NCBI RefSeq assembly: GCF_006345805.1
Contig: NC_043005.1
Span: 77,128,001-77,192,000, forward strand
Direction: 5' to 3'
DNA: 64,000 nucleotides
Source of the DNA: Octopus sinensis
Lineage: Eukaryota
Shown: positions 12,786-25,519 of the stretch, piece by piece
How the letters are laid out: each line of letters opens with the position of its first letter
Position numbering within the stretch: the first letter of the stretch is position 1
The notes under the pieces: generated by a model
Told to the model about the DNA's origin: nothing
Seen by the model: only the letters and a program-made list of their open reading frames with translations
Databases searched by the model: none
Position numbers and translations under genes: made by a program

Positions 12786-12836
<51 letters not shown>

Positions 12837-12842
12837 ATAGAT

Positions 12843-12883
<41 letters not shown>

Positions 12884-12907
12884 AGATAGATAGATAGATA
12901 AATAGAT

Positions 12908-12969
<62 letters not shown>

Positions 12970-13005
12970 GATAGATGGATAGATAGATAGATAGATAGAT
13001 AGATA
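12700..13005. repeat. (TA)n-(GA)n-(GATA)n compound microsatellite
   Basis: Read directly from the sequence. Confidence 0.95.
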
Positions 13006-13422
13006 AACATGCATATATACGTACATATAAGCACACGCCGCGCTTCCAAACAACTGCCAAATACATTCTCAAGGCATTTGTCGGCCCTGAACCTATAGTA
13101 GAAGATATTTACCCAACGTATCTCCCAGTGGTACTGTAACCGAAACTAGGCGGTTGCAAAACGAGCTTAATTGAACCGCACAACCATGCTTGTATAACTT
13201 ATATTCTCACGAATAAGAGAACCTGTACAGTGAAAGAAAAAGCAGTACTTTTTGGTTATCTCGCTCCCTTTAAAAAATTGGATTATTTCCCCAATAAAAT
13301 GTTGAGTTTATGTGGCGACAAGAGATTGAATTAAAAGGATTAGATCCTTTAGATTCAATATTTCAACACAGTTTACTTTTAGCCTCCTATATAGGAATGG
13401 TATGATTTGTCATAAAAATGAT

Positions 13423-13516
<94 letters not shown>

Positions 13517-13533
13517 GTATTTATGTGTGCGCG

Positions 13534-13568
<35 letters not shown>

Positions 13569-13676
13569 GTATATATACAGACATACATATATGCACACGC
13601 ACGCACGCACAAGCACACACACACAATGAGCAACATCATTTAGGTTTTAGCTTATCGCTTTAACAGAAAGGAAAGT

Positions 13677-13714
13677 GCCTTGACGGTTCGGACATTGATC
13701 CTTCATCCGAAAAG
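13677..13714 (-). ncRNA. Decayed hammerhead-like motif
   Basis: CTTTT-CGGATGA-A-GGA-TCAATG-TCC-GAAC-CG-TC-AAGG. It carries two core substitutions (U4>G, A15.1>C). Confidence 0.35.
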
Positions 13715-14370
13715 AAAACATAGGTATGAGACATAGAGGAATGATATATAGAGATCATTAATGAAAGCGAAACAAACAGGTGACCGGTTAGAAATCAGTT
13801 GTTATGGAACATAGCAATAGAGATGGAAAGGGTTAAAGAAGGAGGAAAGCATTATGTTTTCATGGGCATTACGTAGCCTTACCTGGAAACAGGCGTAAAG
13901 GAATAGTTGTGTGTGTTCAACGTACATTGGCACACATATACGTACTTAAACATATACATACATATATGGCTATAGATGATAGTAAGAAAAAATCTAAGAT
14001 ACTAAAAAGAAAAAAAACACACATCATAATAAGAAAAAAAAACATGCGGCAATTTGTTTCTGAGTGATGGCGTTATCGATTAGGGAAAATAAGCTCTGAA
14101 CAATTCAAACTATGAACACAGTGTTTATTGATAATTTATCAATGTTATGTTTTCTGCTGTCAAACGAAAATCACAGACAATGTAACAGTTCTCATACACT
14201 GGCGGATCGGTAGCACCAACAACATTTAAGATCAACGTCAAAATTTTGCAATCTAACAACGAGTAAAAATGTAGTTTAACATACTGGATTTAGCAGTCAA
14301 ATCATCTTGAGATCACTGCTTACCACCTTAAAAGTTCATAGGCACTATCAGTAACGTGATGGGCTGTAAA

Positions 14371-14429
14371 CTGGGCCGGATTATGACCCACAAAGGCCCT
14401 AAGGACTTAAGATAATTTGGTCTCCCCCC

Positions 14430-14488
<59 letters not shown>

Positions 14489-15023
14489 CTTCATCACCTT
14501 GACCGACCAGTTCGTCGGGCGTCCATTTGACACCGCTGGTCACAGCATGCTGTCCACACCTCTCTGAATCGCGCCTTCTTCATCCACGTGGTCCCAATCG
14601 CCCTCCAAAAATCGTAACTCCACCGTCCTGGAGTTACGATATATTATGATGAGTCCCCTGAAAAAATATATATATATATAATTCAAAATATAAACAATAA
14701 TAATTCATAAAATAAATTTTATCTTTTCAAAGTGAAACAAAACAAACAATGAGATGGAAAATAATATTTATTTTTGTATGCTTCCACATTATATTTGAAG
14801 TTTTCCCCTACTTTTTTAATTGCAAAGTCTTTGATCAGACTCTTACTATGACACCACGAACACTTAGAACTTATATTTCCAATCATAGAAACTTCTAATA
14901 TTATTTTAGCAAGTTTAGAGTGGTTTCATTTGTGGAGTAAACCATTTACCCTTTCTATAGTACCCACCGTCCATTGATGTCCTAGGCCCGTGCTTATTTT
15001 ACTTAATGGTTGATCCAGCGCTG
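14371..15023. mobile_element. Old hAT-type MITE
   Basis: Degenerate TIRs CTGGGCCGGATTA / TTGATCCAGCGCTG are flanked by an 8-bp TSD, GCTGTAAA (14363-14370) and GCTGAAAA (15024-15031). An RTE insertion lies inside it. Confidence 0.6.
14485..14640 (-). mobile_element. RTE-clade LINE 3' end, heavily 5'-truncated
   Basis: Minus strand encodes GRWSYDFWRAIGTTWMKKARFREVW...SR*, resembling the RTE C-terminal W...A.DR..W region. The tail abuts (TA)n. Confidence 0.55.
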
Positions 15024-15123
15024 GCTGAAAATCATTCACAAAAAGCGTAAGGAAAGGCTATATCTCGAATGTCTTTGATGAATAAATCGGTAGGGTCAAG
15101 CAAACAATAACAATTTTAGTAAA

Positions 15124-15170
<47 letters not shown>

Positions 15171-15174
15171 TACA

Positions 15175-15335
15175 ACAGGCTTTCTTTCAGTTTCCATCTA
15201 CTGAATCCACTCACAAGACTTTGGTTTGCCCAGAGCTATAGTAGAAGGCACTTGCCCAGTGTGCCACGTAGTGGGAGTGAACCCGGAACCATGTGATTGG
15301 GAAGCAAGCTTCTTATCACACAGCCGGTCCTGCGC
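15175..15335 (-). mobile_element. SINE family C, 5' part
   Basis: Reverse complement of head, GGTTCCGGGTTCACTCCCACTACGTGGCAC and GGGCAAGTGCCTTCTACTATAGC. Confidence 0.75.
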
Positions 15336-15580
15336 ATAAAAATATATAATTAGAATTCCGTTGAATTAGGTCCCTAAATTGAGGTACCATGCTAGGACGG
15401 TATAATCCGCACATCGAAACAATATTAATTGAATATTGAATATCCAGACACCGTGCAGAGGTGTTTGAACCTGATATTCCTGCTGTATCAAGGAATTCTT
15501 TTCGATATTCCAATATCATTCATAAAATAATCCTTCTTTTATTTTATTTTATTTTATTTTATTCTATATCCTTATTTATA

Positions 15581-15761
15581 CAGTAATTCCTCGCCATAAA
15601 GCGGTTCACCTATCGCGGTTTATAATTTAAACATACGTCGATTCCTCCGTGGTGTTGTTTTGCATTTATAATAAAATGTATGTATACGAATTATAAAAAT
15701 AAAATAAAACTACAGTACTTCACGGATTCTCACCTGTCGCGGAGTGTTCGAGGGATTACCG
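15581..15761. mobile_element. Tigger/pogo-like MITE
   Basis: TIRs CAGTAATTCCTCG / CGAGGGATTACCG (11/13) with TA on both sides (15579-80 and 15762-63). Confidence 0.65.
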
Positions 15762-15789
15762 TATCTCTTTTACACCTTTTATATCATTC

Positions 15790-16990
15790 CCTAAACAAAT
15801 CTTTTATAACATTTTTATGAAATTTGTATATTATATATTATTAAATTTTTATCTATTTATATTCCTTCTTATACATTTGTGTAGCTTCTATAGCTTATAA
15901 AGGGTTTGGCAGTTTATAATTTCTTTCCATAAAACTCACTGTATAATATAATATAATTTTCATATTTATAATTACACATTATATTTTATACGTTAAATTT
16001 TTGTATACTTGTATATCCTTTCATATACTCCTTAGTATTTACAATCTTTAAAAATATTTGTGACAGTTTATAAGGCCCTTTTATATAATTTACTGGATAT
16101 GGAAATTCTTATTTCATTATATCTTTTAATCATGCAATATATTCATTAAGTGTTTACATACCCAAATTACTTTAAGTATTGTATCCGAATGTACTCCCTT
16201 ATACATTTAGTATATCTCTGATTCAATTAGACCATATACTGGATAGCATCTTTCACGATATCTTATATTTATACATCCGTAATGAAGAGTATAGTTCTTA
16301 TATTAGTTTAAAACATACTATGAATTTCTCTTCATATGATAATTTAATTCCGTTATGCATTCATTATAGAAAAAGTTTAGAAAACGTCTTAATAGTTTTT
16401 CTTATATATTAAAGGATCCCATTATTAGGCTTTAAATTTAATTCTATCCTTCGATATATTTATTTAAATTTTCTCACTTTAATATTATAATTTTACTTGG
16501 TTATATTTTATTACTTCCCGCAGCTTTCAATTCTAAATTCGTCCACTAAAGTTTATGTTACTTATACCTTTGGTTTTTCTTTATATTCCCCTTTAATAAA
16601 ATAATCAAAATAAGTATTGGCTATCCCTATCTTACTTTCTTCCAATTATCACCCCTTCCCAATCAGATTTTCCCTTACTACTAACCCTCTGACCTACTCT
16701 TTTGTATAGATAAAGTTGGTTATATGATTCCAGTACATTGAGAGCCTAGTAGACTTCCTGACGTTAATTTAATTATCATCATTAATTACAATACAATTGG
16801 CAATGGATTTGATTCTAAATGGTTGAAAACTACTTTCTGCATAAAGTCTTCTAAATATAAGTAACAAGGTCACCAGTCTTTTTATGTAGACCCTTACTAT
16901 TTCCTCTGCTACTCTCTAAATTATAGTAGACTTAACAAGATATGCATTATTTACTAAACTCATTCTGCCACAGATATGACAAAAGAAACG
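15790..16990 (-). pseudogene. Highly decayed A-rich coding remnant, possibly L1/Tx1-like ORF2 C-terminus
   Basis: Strong strand asymmetry. The broken frame FKLI*ELYSSL...CYPVYGLIESEIY*MYKG resembles a decayed CCHC knuckle. There are many stops. Confidence 0.3.
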
Positions 16991-17180
16991 ATTTAAATAT
17001 TTTGAGTTCCATTATTTATGTGAATATATTAAGGAAATGGTCGTATAGTTTATGTTTGAAGTCTGTACGGTCATCAGACGAGAACGGTTTCTTTTATATG
17101 ATGTACTGTATTCATTAATCAATTAAAAGAGTCATTTGAAACGGCCGTAAGGAAATGACACCTATATGCATTTGTTACTC

Positions 17181-17220
<40 letters not shown>

Positions 17221-17814
17221 AGATCGGACAGTGGATGGATCACATATTTGTGTGATTATCTTGCTTTTATTTGACAATACTACGTACGGATGAAAGCCAT
17301 CATTACAGCTCCATATATAAATGATATGTGCTCTCTGTGTTGTTCAAACTAGGTAAGACATGATAGAGCAATTTTACAGTCAAAGCTGTCACGGTCTTTA
17401 TCATCCTGTCTCTTTTAAATGAGAGCCTGTATATGTCAATATATCCTTCTATATTTAAAACAGTAGCGTATGATTTCAGAGAGATTTAGTATGTATTATT
17501 ATTATATAGTGCTTATTGTGCTGTTATTGTTGTTTGATGCTAATAACTCCTATCGCATACATTTATCCTCAAAGGCATTCCAGCCATGGCTTTTCCAAAG
17601 TTGTTTTTTCTTGTAAGATCAGTGATTACATATTCCGGTTGATCCTTTTTTTAAAATTTAAGATGGTTGGGTGCTTTGATGGTGTTTTGACTACTATTTC
17701 TGTTGTGTTACTAGTCACCGTATTGAATTCCAGATGTTTTAAGTGTATGTAAATGAAAAAATAAATGTAATAAATAATATATTCTGCAAAATATATTCTG
17801 CAAAAAAGGGCCAG

Positions 17815-17910
17815 TAGAATAACAGCTGGGGTCGATGTTTTCGAATAAACGCTTCAAGGTGGTGCCCCAGCATGGCATCAGCTCAATGACTGAAATAAGT
17901 AAAAGATAAA
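17815..17910 (+). mobile_element. SINE family C, 3' tail
   Basis: GGGGTCGATG...TTCAAGGTGGTGCCCCAGCATGGC...AATGACTGAAATAAGTAAAAG. Confidence 0.7.
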
Positions 17911-17949
17911 AAAAATATATATACATACATAAACCTACATTTACATGCG

Positions 17950-18460
17950 TTAGTATATGTATATATATATATATATGTGTGTGTGTATATATTTGTATGT
18001 ATGCCTGCATATATGTATATACACACACGTACACATGTATATATACACACATGCAACACATACACATACTCAACACATACACACACACAACACACAACAC
18101 ATACACACTTACACACGCACAACACATACACACACAATACATACACACACAACACATACACACATACACACAATACACACAACACATACGCAGACATACA
18201 CAACACATACACACACAACACACACACAACACATACACACACATGCAGACACAATACTCACACAACACATACACCCACAACACACACAAGACATACACAT
18301 ACAACACATATACACACAACACATACACACACAATACATGGACACAACGCAAAAACACATACACAGACAATATACACACAACACAAATACACAACACACT
18401 AAACACAACACATACACATACACACACAATATACATACAATACACACACCAAACACACAC
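17950..18460. repeat. Cryptic (CA)/(ACAT)/(ACAAC) simple-repeat tract
   Basis: Read directly from the sequence. It is the source of the His/Thr and Cys/Val ORFs. Confidence 0.9.
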
Positions 18461-18729
18461 ACAGATACAAGAGAAAGTGATAAAGCAACGCCAATTTTAC
18501 TTGCATTTCCTCGTGACCTTCGTATTTACAAGATTCAGTCAAAAAGTAATGGAAATATAAGTTACATTACTTTCTGACTCACCGACGTGTATGCAAGCGC
18601 GCGCGCGTGTGTGTGAACGCGCGTCTGTGTGTGCGCGCGTCTGTGTGTTTGTGTGTGTCATTTTACAATTTTATTTCAAGGTTTCTTGCCAATAGAAAAA
18701 GAGTATGTACGTATGTATGCATGTATGTT

Positions 18730-18816
<87 letters not shown>

Positions 18817-19467
18817 ATATACACATGTGTGCGTAAATGTTTAAATGTGTATGCGTGAGTACATCTGCACTGATAGTCGAAATGTTAGCGTTGACTCTGT
18901 ACTGTTATCCTCTCCCTTTTTGCTATTTCCCAACACATTTTTCTTCTTTTTACTCTTTTCTATTTATTATACACATTTCTCTTCATCATTAATAATTCAT
19001 GAACTTTACAATATTCATTTCACACCATTTACAGGAATTAAACAATCTATTGTCTAAACAGTACAGTCCTCCTCCTAAGCGAAATTCATACTAGCTACCA
19101 GCACCTCTATTTTTAACACCAATCTTTGTCCGGTACACTCACCACCTTTCGCTTCTTTGGCTGTAGTATCACTACGCGACTAATAGATTCACCCACCAGC
19201 AAATACCACAACAACCAAAGCAGCAATGGTAACTAATATTAATGTTACCACCTTCGTTACTGCTCAGTCAGCGTGTCTCACCATGCAGAACAGTACTACC
19301 CAAACGCATCTCTATCGCCGCTGTAGCACGACTTCCCTCAATAATACCAACGTCATGAGACATCGAGGGAGCGTCTTTATACTAGTACAGCCTGCTAGAA
19401 ATAACAGCTAAATAATCCTTAGATAGCAGAAAATTATCTAACCCTAAGTTTTACACATAATATTCGC

Positions 19468-19858
19468 TTCTACTCTTGGCACAAGGCCCAAAATTTTCTT
19501 TTTTTACAGCGGGGGGGGGGGGCAGTCGCTTAGATTGACCCCAGTGTGCAACTGGTACTTAATTTATCGACCCCGAAAGAATGAAAGGTAAAGTCGACCT
19601 AGGCGGAATTTGAACTCGGAACGTTAAGACAACTTTCTATTTCTTTACTACCCACAAGGGGCTAAACACAGAGAAGACAAACAAGGACAGACAAACAGAT
19701 TAAGTCGATTATATCGACCCAGGTGCGTAACTGGTACTTATTTAATCGACCCCGAAAGGATGAAAAGCAAAGTCGACCTCGGCGGAATTTGAACTCAGGA
19801 CGAAATACCGCAAAGCATTTCACCCGGCGTCCTAACGATCCTGCCAGCCCGCCGCCTT
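19468..19858 (-). mobile_element. SINE family M with duplicated central block
   Basis: Reverse complement of 3640-4117 and 47403-47818. Confidence 0.85.
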
Positions 19859-19888
19859 ATTTTTACACATAATATTATTTATGAATTT

Positions 19889-20340
19889 AAGGCAGTAAAA
19901 TGGCATAATCGTTAGAACGCCAGGTAAAAAAGCTTAGCAGTATTTCGTTAATCTTTATGCCCTGAGTTCAAATTCCGCCCCGGTCGACTTTGCCTTAAAT
20001 TATTTCGGGGTAATAAAATAAGTATCAATTGATGACTGAGGTTGATGCAATCTATTTAGTCCCTCCCACGAAATTTCTAACCCTTTTCACGAAAGTTGAA
20101 TCCAATATTATTCGTAAATTTAAGTTGGCGGGCTGGTAGAATCGTTAAGCATGTCGGTCTAAATGCGTAGCGGCATTTCGTCTGGCTTTATGTTCTAAGT
20201 TCAAATGCCGCCCATGTCGACTTTATCTTTAACCCATTCGGGATCGATAAAAGAAGCACCTGTTGAGCACTAGGGTTGATATAACCAACTTAAATCCTCT
20301 CCAAAAGTTCTGATTTTGTGCCGAAATTTGAAACCAATAT
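19889..20340 (+). mobile_element. Two tandem diverged SINE family M copies
   Basis: Heads at ~19889 and ~20123, each followed by a AGTTCAAAT...GTCGACTTT block. Confidence 0.75.
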
Positions 20341-20450
20341 CATTTACGAATTAAAGACAAATTTGTCACGTTAGGAATGTCCTTCAATATAAATATGTTT
20401 GAACATTTCTGATCTGGTTATATATTAAAGCAATAACAATTATTTTTAAC

Positions 20451-20624
20451 ATTAGTTACATTTGATGGATATTTGTCCTCATCTTTTTTGTTAACACAAC
20501 GTTTCGGCTGATATACCCTCCAGCCTTCATCAGGTATCTTAGGGAAATTTCGAACCAGAGTTCTCATTCCTAAGGTATTTTTCGGTGTTTTGGGGGTTAG
20601 TAGCCCACGCTCTTAACCACCACG
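20451..20624 (-). mobile_element. tRNA-headed hammerhead SINE (left arm of dimer 2, internal deletion)
   Basis: Homologous to 686-994 but lacks the B-box/(AAT)n segment. Confidence 0.8.
20493..20538 (-). ncRNA. Minimal type I hammerhead ribozyme (intact core)
   Basis: GATAC-CTGATGA-A-GGCTG-GAGGGTATAT-CAGCC-GAAA-CG-T-T-GTGTT. Confidence 0.75.
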
Positions 20625-20627
20625 GGG

Positions 20628-20694
20628 ATATGGCGTAGTGGTTAAGAACGCGGGCTACAAAACCCAAGTTTTCGAGTTCGATTCAAAGCAGTGA

Positions 20695-20726
<32 letters not shown>

Positions 20727-20751
20727 CTAATACTACTACTACTACTACTAC

Positions 20752-20790
<39 letters not shown>

Positions 20791-20983
20791 TGATGATGAT
20801 GATAACAACATCGAAAAATACCTTAGGAATGAGAATCCAGGTTCGAAATTTTCCCAAGCCACCTGATGAAGGCTGGAGAATATATCAGCCGAAACGTTGT
20901 GTTAACAACAAACAAAATGAGGACAAATATCCGTCAAAATGTAAATAATGTACATAATTCCTCATCACTTATATACAGAACTG
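20628..20983 (+). mobile_element. tRNA-headed hammerhead SINE (right arm of dimer 2)
   Basis: ATATGGCGTAGTGGTTAAGAACGCGGGCTAC..., B-box GAGTTCGATTC, (AAT)n/(ACT)n, and a full tail to ...CAGAACTG. Confidence 0.85.
20858..20903 (+). ncRNA. Minimal type I hammerhead ribozyme (intact core, weakened stem I)
   Basis: GCCAC-CTGATGA-A-GGCTG-GAGAATATAT-CAGCC-GAAA-CG-T-T-GTGTT. Confidence 0.7.
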
Positions 20984-21189
20984 AATTATTTTTAATTTAA
21001 GCATAAAGCCAGTACTTTTTTTTTGTTTATTTTTTTAGCAACGTTTAGCTGCATACATCGACAGGATGAAAGGCAATTTCAACTTAACTGAGATTCGAGC
21101 TTACAACCCAGCATAAAGAAGTGCAAGAAATACCACAACACGTTTATCCCACGTCTTTCACAACAACAATAAAAAAAAATCTTTTTATT

Positions 21190-21460
21190 ATGGGCACGAT
21201 CAATTCGACCCCAGTCCTCAACTAGTAATCAACCCTGAGGCAATGTAAGACAAAGTCGACCTCTGAGGAATTTGAATTCAGAATATAAAGGCGGACGAAA
21301 TACTGCTAATCATTTCGTCCGGAGCGCTAACGATTGTGGCAGCTCGCCACCTTATTTGAAAAATGAAAGGCAAAGTCGATCTCGGTAGAACTAGAACTCA
21401 GAACCAAAAGGCAGACGAAATGCCGCAAAGTAATTTGTGTAACGTGCCAACTCGTTGCCT
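21190..21460 (-). mobile_element. SINE family M, two diverged partial copies
   Basis: AAAGTCGA(C/T)CTC...GAACTCAGAA blocks at ~21253 and ~21372. Confidence 0.7.
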
Positions 21461-21622
<162 letters not shown>

Positions 21623-21625
21623 ATC

Positions 21626-21997
21626 CTGTCTACTAAAGGCACAAGTCCTGAAGTTTGGGGAAGGGCTCTAGTCGATTACGTCGACCCCAGTACGCAACTG
21701 GTACCTAATTTATCGACCGAGAAGACGAAAGGCAAAGTCGATCTCGGCGGAATTTGAACTCAGGACTTTCTTTACTACCCACGAGGGGCTAAACACAGAA
21801 GGGACAAACAAGGACAGACAAAGGGATTAAGTTGATTATATCGACTCCAGTGCGTAACTGGTACTTATCTAATCGACCCCGAAAGGATGAAAGGCAAAGT
21901 CGACCTCGGTGGAATTTGAACTCAGAACGTAACGGCAGACGAAATGTCGCTAAGCATTTCGCCCGGCGTGCTAACGTTTCTGCCACCTCGGCGCCTT
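21626..21997 (-). mobile_element. SINE family M with duplicated central block
   Basis: Reverse complement of the family consensus. Confidence 0.85.
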
Positions 21998-22694
21998 AAT
22001 AATGAGAAGAAGAAGAAGAAGAAGAAGAAGAAGAAGAAGAAGACGACACTGCGACAGCTACCGAATGCAACAAGCTATTCCTTTGAAAACAACAGCAACT
22101 TCAACACCACCTACAATATTAATTCTTACTCATATCTCCATGGAAACTACAGCCACTGAACAAAATCTACATCAGCACCGCTAAACCAAAGCTCCCTATA
22201 CAATACCGTTATTATTACCTCTGCCACGACTACACAACAACTACTTCGGCACCGCCGCCCTAAACAACTTAAGCAACACTATTGCCTCCATCATAACGAC
22301 TACCACCACCACGATAACTATACCTGCCACCACAGCCACCACAACCGCCATTTTAAATATCAGCCCAATAGCATTCAGTTTCATGGCTACCGCGCTCACA
22401 TTATTTCCTATCTCTCTAACCCATCTATCGGTACATTAATCAAATGAAGCCTGCCAGTCATTGAATGGATGAGTCAGAGAATGGAAAGCAGGCAACCCGG
22501 ATTCAGTGAGGAGAAAATCAAAGGGACTATAGAATTACATGAAAAGCAACACTTGAGTGAATATAAGGAAAGCGTTTAACACTTTAAGGGACGAAAATAA
22601 TTACGGAACGACAAACATCTGAAAGTTCTAGTCTAGTTTCTTTCATATATTTGTTGTGTTCTCTACTGTAGATGCATAGATATTTATGCTTTTG

Positions 22695-23255
22695 GCTGTG
22701 TAGTAAGAAGTTTGTTTCTTAGCCACATATCTTTCGGGTTCAGTCCCTCAGCGTGGCACATTGAGCAAGTACCTTCTATATAATGTCAACTAAAGGTACA
22801 AAGTCTGAAGTTTGGGGGAGGGGACTAGTAAATTACGTCGACCCCAATACGCAACTGGTACCTAATTTATCTACCCCGAGAAGAGGAAAAGCAAAGTCGA
22901 TCTCGGCGAAATTTGAACTCAGGACTAACAGACGAAATACCACTAAGCATTTCACCCGGCGTGCCGATTAATGCCTTGTGAGTAGACTTGATAGACGGAA
23001 ACTGGAAGAAGCCTATCATATATGTATGTGTCCGTACATATGTATGTGTGTATCTTTGTGTTTTGAGTCTGTCACGCTAACAACTTATCAAACAGTACTG
23101 GCTTGTTAACGTCCCCGTAACTTAGTGGTTCGGCAAATAAGATCATGACAATAAGCACCAGACTTTAATAAAATAGTACTGCGATCGACTTGTTCGACTT
23201 TTTCAAGGCGGTGCCCCAGCATGGCCGCAACCAATGATTAAAACAAGACATAAAA
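22695..23255 (+). mobile_element. SINE family C interrupted by a nested family M copy
   Basis: The head runs 22695-22780 and resumes at ~22970 (GCCTTGTGAG). The tail GGCGGTGCCCCAGCATGGCC is at ~23207. Confidence 0.75.
22783..22968 (-). mobile_element. SINE family M nested in family C
   Basis: Near-identical in layout to 21626-21760. Confidence 0.75.
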
Positions 23256-24291
23256 GCCACTGATATGTAGCTTGTGTTTTATGCAAGGATAATATAGTCA
23301 GGATACATTAGATAATGTAATTGTAAATCTGGAAAAATAGGCTAATCAGACTGATGATAGAATGCGTTCCAGTCATGACATTCCCTTCTTACCTTTCTTA
23401 GTCCAGACTCAGGTTATCTGGAACTATTTTATTTAACGTATCGTTCCTTTTTTCATTCTTTTAAGACACGTTTAACGGTGATTTGACTGCAACTTGGCTG
23501 CTATTTATAGTAAATCAAGTGAACAGGTATAGATTCCGTCTCCTTCACCTCTTTTCGTCTTTCTGTCTCTCTGTCTCTCTGTCTCTCTCTCTCGCTCTTT
23601 CTCTCTCTCTTTCCTTCTTTCTTTCTCTATGTACATGTTTTGCTGTGAATTTACACAACTCAGATTGTGAAGAAATGTACAGCACCAAACTTTCCAGACA
23701 CTGATGGTTTAGAAACACTTATAATCCGTACTGATTTGCACTAATGTACAGGTAGCTGTATTTAATTTAATTATTTAAATAAATTTAAAGCATGTTTGGT
23801 TTAGAGTGTATTGACCAAGGTGACTGATCCTTGTTCGGAGAAACCAATTACCCCAAAAGACTTTCGTATCAAAAGTTTCGGAACATCAACGTTGTACATG
23901 TAGCACATAAACCTTAGCATTTCTTAGCTAATCCAGCGTTAAACAACAACAACCAAATCTGGATGGTCGACTTGTAATCATAGAGATTTCAGTTGTTGAG
24001 GACACCATTCGAAATCTGTTGCTATGGAAGGATTTAAGAATAGTAATTTTTAAATTAGTGTGTAGTTCCTTTTTCACGCAACGAAATCTGAGAAAGCGTT
24101 CCATATATTTCCCACTCGATTGCTTCCTACTATGTGGTAACTATTAACAAAATACTATGTCTTGCCTATTTATTCTTAATGCGTTCCGGCAGATTTAAAC
24201 GCAAATATGCTATCCGCTATTGCATTCATCTCAAGAGCTTGTTCTTTACTACAGCTATGTATTCATAGCATACTCGCTTCTTTATTACAAG

Positions 24292-24340
24292 GGATCCTAC
24301 GACACCGGTGTTCCGAAATCTTGTGTCTCCTCAGCCAGAA
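24292..24340 (-). ncRNA. Type I hammerhead motif, degenerate (homologue of 4289-4334)
   Basis: TTCTGG-CTGAGGA-GACACAAGATTTC-GGAA-CACCGGTG-TC-GTAGGATCC. The ACACCGGTGT palindrome is perfect, but A13>G. Confidence 0.5.
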
Positions 24341-24664
24341 AAAATACCTGGACTAATCAATCTAACAAGGCTATCACCTCTTGTTTATAATTTGCACGGA
24401 CAAATTTGCCAAACGATAAACCCTCATATATATGGTGAAGAGCAGGATTCGAAACAACATCTTGCATATTTCTTAATACGTCCTATATATTCGAGCGCTG
24501 TACTAATGAGCCGAATGAGTTATGAACAGATAGTCGTAAAGAAGAAGCTGTTTTCCTGTGACGAAGAAAACAGCGATTAGCATATTTGCGTTCGAATCAG
24601 CCGGAACATAATAAAAATAGGTGTGCAAATCATCGTTTCTAAATTCCTTGTTCATCGCGAGTAT

Positions 24665-24810
24665 TTAATAGCAAAATTCCGCCGATGTCGACTTTGCCTT
24701 TCATCCTTTCGGATCGATAAAATAAGTAACAGTTGAGCAGTGGGGCTGATGAAATCGACTTACTTCCTCCCCGAAATTGCTGGCTTTGTGCCAAAATTTG
24801 AAACTAATAT
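24665..24810 (+). mobile_element. SINE family M, 3' part
   Basis: AAATTCCGCCGATGTCGACTTTGCCTTTCATCC...GTGCCAAAATTTGAAAC. Confidence 0.75.
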
Positions 24811-25519
24811 TTATTAGCAGGATAGTCTTGCCGACTCGAAAGTTTTGCCATAAATTCAAAAGGCAGTATACGAACGGTTTCCGTATGCTTGTGAGTGGGT
24901 CTGTGGGTGTTTCTTACTACGCAGGTGTGTTTCTTTTCAGCTACCGAAGCGAAAGAGTGATAACGATGGAAGACCTTCAAACCTTTTCAATACCTAATTG
25001 TCAACATATTGAGAGTTTATCAGCAATTTCATTCCCAAATCGTAAGGACGGGAATTTATTCTTTGTGATGATTGACTGCTCATTAATATAAATCTATCTA
25101 TTTCAAAACAAAATACTTCCTTTAAGCGATACTTCCATACATGCAAGAAAGCCATTACGAGACATTAGCTCTTCTGCTATAACAACGTATTCCGTATGTG
25201 GTAATTAGATTTGCTAGATATAGCAGTCAAATCAGCCTATGTCATAAGAATAAAAGGATAGACAGGATAGGAAACATCTAGATACAATGTGACTGAAAGT
25301 AACAAAGGACTGGATAGTCATGGGTGGACCATTATGAAACATTATCTACACCGGTATATGCAGTCATTCGAAGTGCTAGATATAGTAGTCAAATCAATCT
25401 CAAATCAAAGATTACCTCTTAGAAATAAAAAGCTAAATAGGATTGTGTACATCTGCTTATATACTGAAAAAATAAACTGGATAGCCATGGCAGGAATCCA
25501 TTTATTCTAGGCAACTGGT

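Noticed and set aside
18590-18650. (CG)/(TG) alternating tract with Z-DNA potential (also ~31700)
   Set aside because: An ordinary by-product of (CA)n microsatellite variation in this genome.
19060-19410. Thr/Ser-rich mucin-like stretch (also 22040-22400)
   Set aside because: Decayed CAA/CAC/TAC simple repeats with stops and no splice support.
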